Below are positions 15,677 to 20,000 of a stretch of 20,000 bases of DNA, piece after piece. The translations under genes and the position numbers were made by a program. The stretch's first letter is position 1; each line of letters opens with the position of its first letter. The notes under the pieces were generated by a model that searched no databases, was not told the origin of the DNA, and was given only the letters and a program-made list of their open reading frames with translations. Location of the stretch: IMG/VR virus record IMGVR_UViG_3300048890_000135. One strand, written 5' to 3'. The stretch comes from an uncultured virus (IMG/VR IMGVR_UViG_3300048890_000135). Taxonomy: Duplodnaviria > Heunggongvirae > Uroviricota > Caudoviricetes.

Positions 15677-17128
15677 ATGCCGAAGAAAATCCCTCCCCGC
15701 ACAACCGGAAAGTGCCGTCCTGGTCGTCCTCAGACGAGGAACTGTCCAAAAGGATGGACATCGGTTCCAGGGCAATACCGGCCGGGGATGGCGACTTTCC
15801 CGACGTCGGTTCTTTTCCCGTTCTCTAATTCTGCCGGACAACCTGCGTCGCCAGCGCCATCCCCAACACCGACCCCAGCGCCTCCCCCTCCTCCAGTTAC
15901 CTTCGAAGACACACTCACCCCAGTCGGCTTTACGATTCCAGAAGGTCCTGCAACATTTTTCGTTTCCGGCGGCGGTGCCGCGCTTGCGGCAGCCGTAGGT
16001 AGTGCGTCTCCGGGCGACACCATCGAAATCACGGACTCTCTCAACTACGACGCGATCACGATATTCAATCCCACGGACCTTACGATTCGCGCGGCGTCCG
16101 GGCAGACGCCCTCGATCACGGCGATGGCGGGAGGCTTCAACCACGCCGTGGACATCCAGGGTACCGTGAACGGCCTTCGGTTCCGAGGTATCACCTTCAT
16201 CGGGAACGGAAACAGCGGCTCGCATAACATCAGCGATCTGGGTCGCACCGGGATCGTGTTCTGGTCCCAACTTGCGGGTGGAGCCTCCTTGGACCGGATC
16301 ATCCTGGAAGATTGCACGTTCTCGGAACCCGCAGCGACGGCCGGCGACGGGTGCCCCGGACTTACGCTCTTCGGCGACGGCCTGACCGTGAACGACAACG
16401 TCTGGGTTCATCGCTGCTCGTTCCTGAACACATCCGCCGTGACCGGAGTCGGCGGTCTCCAGTGGGGCGCGATCACGATCGGCGGGTTCCAGAACGTCTG
16501 GATCCAGAATTGCAAGATCGTGCGCCAGGATGCGGTTTTGTCGAGCGTTCTCAGCAACATGAAGGGCGTGGTGGTCCAGAATGCAAACACGATCGTGGAA
16601 GACGTGCTCTGCGACCAGATCGGCACGAACGGGAACCCGCAGGCTTTCATGCATGACGGCCTGCCCGGTATCGCGATCGGCTTTGGCGGAACTACGAGCT
16701 GCCGTAATTGCGTGGCCTATAACTGCCGGATTGGGTACGAGCTCCGCCTTGCCGTCGGAAGCATGACGATCGAGAACTGCGTCTACGCCTCGCCCACCGT
16801 GGGCGGCGGCGGCGTGGTGATGCGACGCTCAAACGGAACGCCTTACGTGGTCCAGGATTCGGCGATGTCGTGCAACGGGACCGGGATCACGTTCAGCGCC
16901 ACGGGCGTCACCGAAGATCACAATGATGTCTTCAACTTCTCTGCTACAGGGAAGGTTCTGGATGCGACCGATCAGACCGTTGATCCACTCTACAAAGACA
17001 TCGCAAACCGCATCTTTACTGCAACGGCACCGTCCCTCCAGACCGGTGCTTCCGATGGCGGCCTGATCGGCGTGCGGTACACGGTCGGCGAGGAGATTTT
17101 CTGGGTCAATACTCTGCAGGGGACTTGA
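15677..17128 (+). CDS. Right-handed parallel beta-helix (pectin-lyase-like fold) protein with basic Pro/Cys leader
   Basis: LAAAVGSASPGDTIEI cap; repeats ILEDCTF, VHRCSF, IQNCKI, IENCVY; C-terminal VDPLY...SLQTGASDGGLIG. Confidence 0.8.
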   Translation: MPKKIPPRTTGKCRPGRPQTRNCPKGWTSVPGQYRPGMATFPTSVLFPFSNSAGQPASPAPSPTPTPAPPPPPVTFEDTLTPVGFTIPEGPATFFVSGGGAALAAAVGSASPGDTIEITDSLNYDAITIFNPTDLTIRAASGQTPSITAMAGGFNHAVDIQGTVNGLRFRGITFIGNGNSGSHNISDLGRTGIVFWSQLAGGASLDRIILEDCTFSEPAATAGDGCPGLTLFGDGLTVNDNVWVHRCSFLNTSAVTGVGGLQWGAITIGGFQNVWIQNCKIVRQDAVLSSVLSNMKGVVVQNANTIVEDVLCDQIGTNGNPQAFMHDGLPGIAIGFGGTTSCRNCVAYNCRIGYELRLAVGSMTIENCVYASPTVGGGGVVMRRSNGTPYVVQDSAMSCNGTGITFSATGVTEDHNDVFNFSATGKVLDATDQTVDPLYKDIANRIFTATAPSLQTGASDGGLIGVRYTVGEEIFWVNTLQGT

Positions 17129-17208
17129 TACAATCCATGGGAAGCTTGGTCATTCTTATGAGGTAAAGTAGGTCGGCTTCACGAAGAAATTTTGACAGGA
17201 GAGGTGAT

Positions 17209-18054
17209 ATGGCGCCAAGACAATTTCCCCCGAGACGTCGCTTCACCCCAGCGCCTTGCCCTCCCTGCAAACCCGGTACGTATCGAGGTGCGTTCGGAGG
17301 AGGACCCACGTCCACTCCGTGGAACAACGGCGGACGTTTCACGTCTCCGCTGGATGTCCCCGGTGTCGCCGCGGCGATCAACGCGAGGCTTGGCCCAGAC
17401 CCAGTACCTCTCCTGTCGGCCGCGTTCTTCAAGATTCTGACGAAGGCGGGAATCACCAACGTTCCCACCTCCCAGATCATCGGCAACATGGGCGTCAGTC
17501 CCATCACCTCTGCCGCGATCACAGGATTCGCTCTGGTGCTGGACGGCTCTGGACAGTTCTCGACCTCGTCCCAGGTGGACGGCAGGGTCTACGCCGCCGA
17601 CTACGCGCCGCCGACGCCTGCCATGCTCACGCAGGCGGTCCTCGATATGGAGGCCGCGTACACCGACGCCGCGAGCAGGGTCCCCGACGTCACAGGCCTC
17701 AACGCCGGCCTGATCGGCGGCCTCACGCTCGCGCCCGGCACGTATCGCTGGAATTCCAACGTCCTGATCGCATCCGACCTCATCCTGGCGGGAGGCCCCA
17801 ACGACACCTGGATCTTCCAGGTCAACGGGACTCTAGATCTGGCCGCCGCGATGAACATCATCATGATCGGCGGAGCGGTTCCCGCGAACGTGATCTGGCA
17901 GGTCACCGGCGCCGTCACAATCGGTCCTGGCGCGACGTTCAGGGGCAACATTCTGGCCCAGACGAGCGTTGCCGTGCAGACCGGCGCATCGGTGTTCGGA
18001 AAGCTGCTCGCGCAGACGGCGGTGACGCTGGACAACAACCTGGTGAACGGCTAG
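17209..18054 (+). CDS. Ice-binding-like protein (DUF3494 family)
   Basis: Family-typical FKILTKAGITNVPTSQIIGNMGVSP...VYAADYAPPTPAMLTQAVLDMEAAYTDAASR...LAPGTYRW...WIFQV...NVIWQVTGAVTIG...GNILAQT...GKLLAQTAVTLDNN; GGAGAGGTG RBS. Confidence 0.92.
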   Translation: MAPRQFPPRRRFTPAPCPPCKPGTYRGAFGGGPTSTPWNNGGRFTSPLDVPGVAAAINARLGPDPVPLLSAAFFKILTKAGITNVPTSQIIGNMGVSPITSAAITGFALVLDGSGQFSTSSQVDGRVYAADYAPPTPAMLTQAVLDMEAAYTDAASRVPDVTGLNAGLIGGLTLAPGTYRWNSNVLIASDLILAGGPNDTWIFQVNGTLDLAAAMNIIMIGGAVPANVIWQVTGAVTIGPGATFRGNILAQTSVAVQTGASVFGKLLAQTAVTLDNNLVNG

Positions 18055-18122
18055 GAAGGCTGCTACCAGCAAGTGAATTTGTCGTAGATAGCGTGGAAGC
18101 GTGTCCCGAGATGGACCGCCTG

Positions 18123-18151
18123 TTGACATCTTCGCGCGGGCGGGGCATGAT
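18123..18151 (+). promoter_or_regulatory. Sigma70-type promoter
   Basis: TTGACA-17 bp-CATGAT upstream of 18189. Confidence 0.65.
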
Positions 18152-18188
18152 TGATAAAGGGCAGCGCTAACTCGAACCGGAGAGAACC

Positions 18189-18551
18189 ATGTCCGAATCG
18201 TTTACCGCGGTCGAATACGCCATCCTGGTTCATCTGAAGACCCAGGGGCGTGCTACGGTCCCAGCGCTCGCCGCGGATCTTCTCCTGCGTCCGAGCGAAG
18301 TGGAGACGGCCCTTTCCGGTCTGGTCGCGAAGAACTTCTCGAAAAAAGAGGGGGACTTCTATCTGCCTGGAGACGTCTGCCTGGACGTTCCCGTTGCCCA
18401 GGAAAAGAAGGAGAAGAGCGGAACGTTCAAGATCATTCGACCCATGCCCATGCCTGCCGCAGCTCCCGCTGCAGCGATGCCGGAAGTCGCCAACGTCTTC
18501 AAACAGGCTCGCGATCGCGCCAGGCGCGAAAAAGCGGGCGGCGGCGTCTAG
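18189..18551 (+). CDS. Winged helix-turn-helix protein (TrmB/MarR-like)
   Basis: EYAILVHLKTQGRATVPALAADLLLRPSEVETALSGLVAKNF; GGAGAG RBS. Confidence 0.75.
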   Translation: MSESFTAVEYAILVHLKTQGRATVPALAADLLLRPSEVETALSGLVAKNFSKKEGDFYLPGDVCLDVPVAQEKKEKSGTFKIIRPMPMPAAAPAAAMPEVANVFKQARDRARREKAGGGV

Positions 18552-18575
18552 CACGTCCTAATTTGACGTTCACTT

Positions 18576-18584
18576 TGGTATAAT
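18576..18584 (+). promoter_or_regulatory. Extended -10 promoter element
   Basis: TGgTATAAT in the AT-richer gap before 18639. Confidence 0.55.
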
Positions 18585-18638
18585 CAAACCGTGATTTGAG
18601 TGACGTCCCCTAGTCCAAGTTAGGGCGCTCATTGAGTT

Positions 18639-19244
18639 ATGACGAGCGGGAATGACGTCTCCTTTTGGATGCCTTACGCCCTCGCCTCGGTCCTCGCCTT
18701 TCTCGGAACGACTCTCGATCTCATCGACCGCTGGAAAGGACGACCTTCGCGCACGTTTCTTCCTCAGGCGACGGCTTTTGGAATCCTCAACGCTGGCGGC
18801 GCGATGCTTCTTTACAACTTCGGGGGCCAGATCGACTCCTTGAAGGAAGTCCAGAGCGCCATGCTCCGCGCGCTCATCGTGGGGATCTCCTACCAGATCA
18901 TCATCCGCTCGAGACTGACGACGATCGGCAAGCAGCCGATCGGCGTCGAGTGGTTCTACGAGAAGGTGAAGAGCCTGTTCGATTGGTGGATCCGGGAGAG
19001 CGTCGGGAAGGCGAGGCTTAGGCGTCTCCCAGAGCTCCGCGCGCTCAGTCTCGACGCCACGATGACTCATTTCGACGACATCCTGGTCGCATCAGTTACG
19101 ATCCCAGCGGACGAGAAGGATCGCCTCCGGGTCTGGGCGGTCGGCGTCTATTCGGATTCCCACCCAGAAAACTGGAAGAAGGACAGCCTGATCCGCAGGA
19201 TTGTGGACATCGAGATCCCGGATGCCGTAGAATTGGTGAAGTGA
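18639..19244 (+). CDS. Putative membrane protein (about 3 hydrophobic segments plus soluble C-terminal domain)
   Basis: YALASVLAFLG, AFGILNAGGAMLLY, ALIVGISYQIII. The start may be the second Met (MPYAL). Confidence 0.65.
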   Translation: MTSGNDVSFWMPYALASVLAFLGTTLDLIDRWKGRPSRTFLPQATAFGILNAGGAMLLYNFGGQIDSLKEVQSAMLRALIVGISYQIIIRSRLTTIGKQPIGVEWFYEKVKSLFDWWIRESVGKARLRRLPELRALSLDATMTHFDDILVASVTIPADEKDRLRVWAVGVYSDSHPENWKKDSLIRRIVDIEIPDAVELVK

Positions 19245-19257
19245 TCTGGGGTCAAAA

Positions 19258-19725
19258 ATGCGATTGAATGAGTACGAGATCGACCGAGCGCTCGAGGTGG
19301 TCGGGCAATATACCCCGGTCTTCCTTCCCTACGTGAAGTTTCTGAGCGACTGGCGCGATATCGTCAATCAGAACTCCGACGGCTGGGCCTACTGGTCGGC
19401 TGGAACGCGTCCGGCGGCCAAGCTGGAAGACCTCGTCGCGCAGCTCATGAACAACATCACCGGTCGTGGAGTGGCGCCGTCGGCGAGAGAGTTCGAGCGG
19501 GCGCTTATTCCGATCAAGAGATTCGCCACGCTCAAGAAGCTGCCGGCGCCGGTCCTTGGCGGGGAGGCTGAAGAGCCCACCGGGCGCATGTCGAAGGACG
19601 ATGCGAAGTTCGTCCTCTGGATCGAGAACACGCTCGTCCCAGACCTCAAGGATTCCGGGACCGTCGAAACGGCGGCGGATTTCGAGCGGCTGATCCGGAT
19701 CATCAGAAATCTCGCCCGGGTCTAA
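19258..19725 (+). CDS. Hypothetical phage-type protein
   Basis: NQNSDGWAYW motif recalled from phage hypothetical proteins (unverified); clean ORF in series. Confidence 0.7.
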   Translation: MRLNEYEIDRALEVVGQYTPVFLPYVKFLSDWRDIVNQNSDGWAYWSAGTRPAAKLEDLVAQLMNNITGRGVAPSAREFERALIPIKRFATLKKLPAPVLGGEAEEPTGRMSKDDAKFVLWIENTLVPDLKDSGTVETAADFERLIRIIRNLARV

Positions 19726-19740
19726 AGAAAGGGAACACCT

Positions 19741-20000
19741 ATGCATGGACCGTTCCTCGGCCGGGTTCCCCTTCGCCGTCTCGGCCAATTCGATGTGCCG
19801 GTCGACTGCGGCTATTGGAAGAGGAAGATGGACGAGGCCGCGAAGGAAATCGCGTTTTCCCAACAGAGCATCCAGCGACGGGCCAACTCTCCGTATCGTG
19901 AGGATCTCGTCAACGATCCCTATACCCAGATGAAGTTCGAGGAGGCACGGAAGAAGTACGACGACGCGTATAGAATGTACAACGCGTGCCTCAAGTACGA
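19741..20000 (+). CDS. 3'-truncated hypothetical protein not in the ORF track
   Basis: AAAGGGA upstream; frame open to the window end, MHGPFLGRVPLRRLGQFDVPVDCGYWKRKMDEAAKEI...YNACLKY. Confidence 0.7.
   Translation, partial: MHGPFLGRVPLRRLGQFDVPVDCGYWKRKMDEAAKEIAFSQQSIQRRANSPYREDLVNDPYTQMKFEEARKKYDDAYRMYNACLKY

Noticed and set aside
17209..17260. Possible Tat signal (PRRRF) on the DUF3494 protein
   Set aside because: No hydrophobic h-region follows; the next residues are TPAPCPPCKPG.
17256..18170. 304-aa alternate-frame ORF overlapping the ice-binding gene
   Set aside because: Arg/Pro/His-rich off-frame product of GC-biased codon usage.
18055..18188. Possible tRNA/ncRNA or terminator in the gap after the ice-binding gene
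   Set aside because: No cloverleaf, strong stem or U-tract recognised by eye; an Infernal/Rfam scan would be needed.
18563..18584. TTGACG paired with TATAAT as -35/-10
   Set aside because: The spacer is only 10 bp; retained only as an extended -10 element.
19745..19933. 62-aa ORF from the track
   Set aside because: The frame starting at ATG 19741 has a better-placed RBS, more protein-like composition, and stays open to the window end.

Overview
A gene-dense, high-GC window. All credible genes are on the + strand, and many are translationally coupled (ATGA/GTGA/TGATG overlaps). It looks like part of a large bacteriophage or virus genome, or a prophage, but no capsid, terminase, portal, integrase or polymerase gene is visible, so this is inference. 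(1) 1-6365: three paralogous beta-helix tailspike/fibre-like genes. The first is 5'-truncated and collagen-bearing; the other two share a 231-bp near-identical 5' end. Two small Cys-motif ORFs and a minor-tail-like protein follow. (2) 6375-12528: a C-terminally anchored thioredoxin, three ParB/Srx-domain proteins, two putative ADP-ribosyltransferase-fold domains (one fused to ParB), a protein-kinase-fold protein, and Pro/Cys-rich proteins. (3) 13110-15538: an apparently leaderless operon behind a 27-bp palindrome, encoding a degenerate HNH protein, a Zn-finger/receiver-like protein, a SAM methyltransferase and two small proteins. (4) 15587-18054: a 29-aa micro-ORF, a beta-helix protein and a DUF3494 ice-binding-family protein; the last two share an unusual non-secretory N-terminal tag. 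(5) 18189-20000: a winged-helix regulator, a membrane protein and hypothetical proteins. All family calls come from motif recognition by eye, not database searches.
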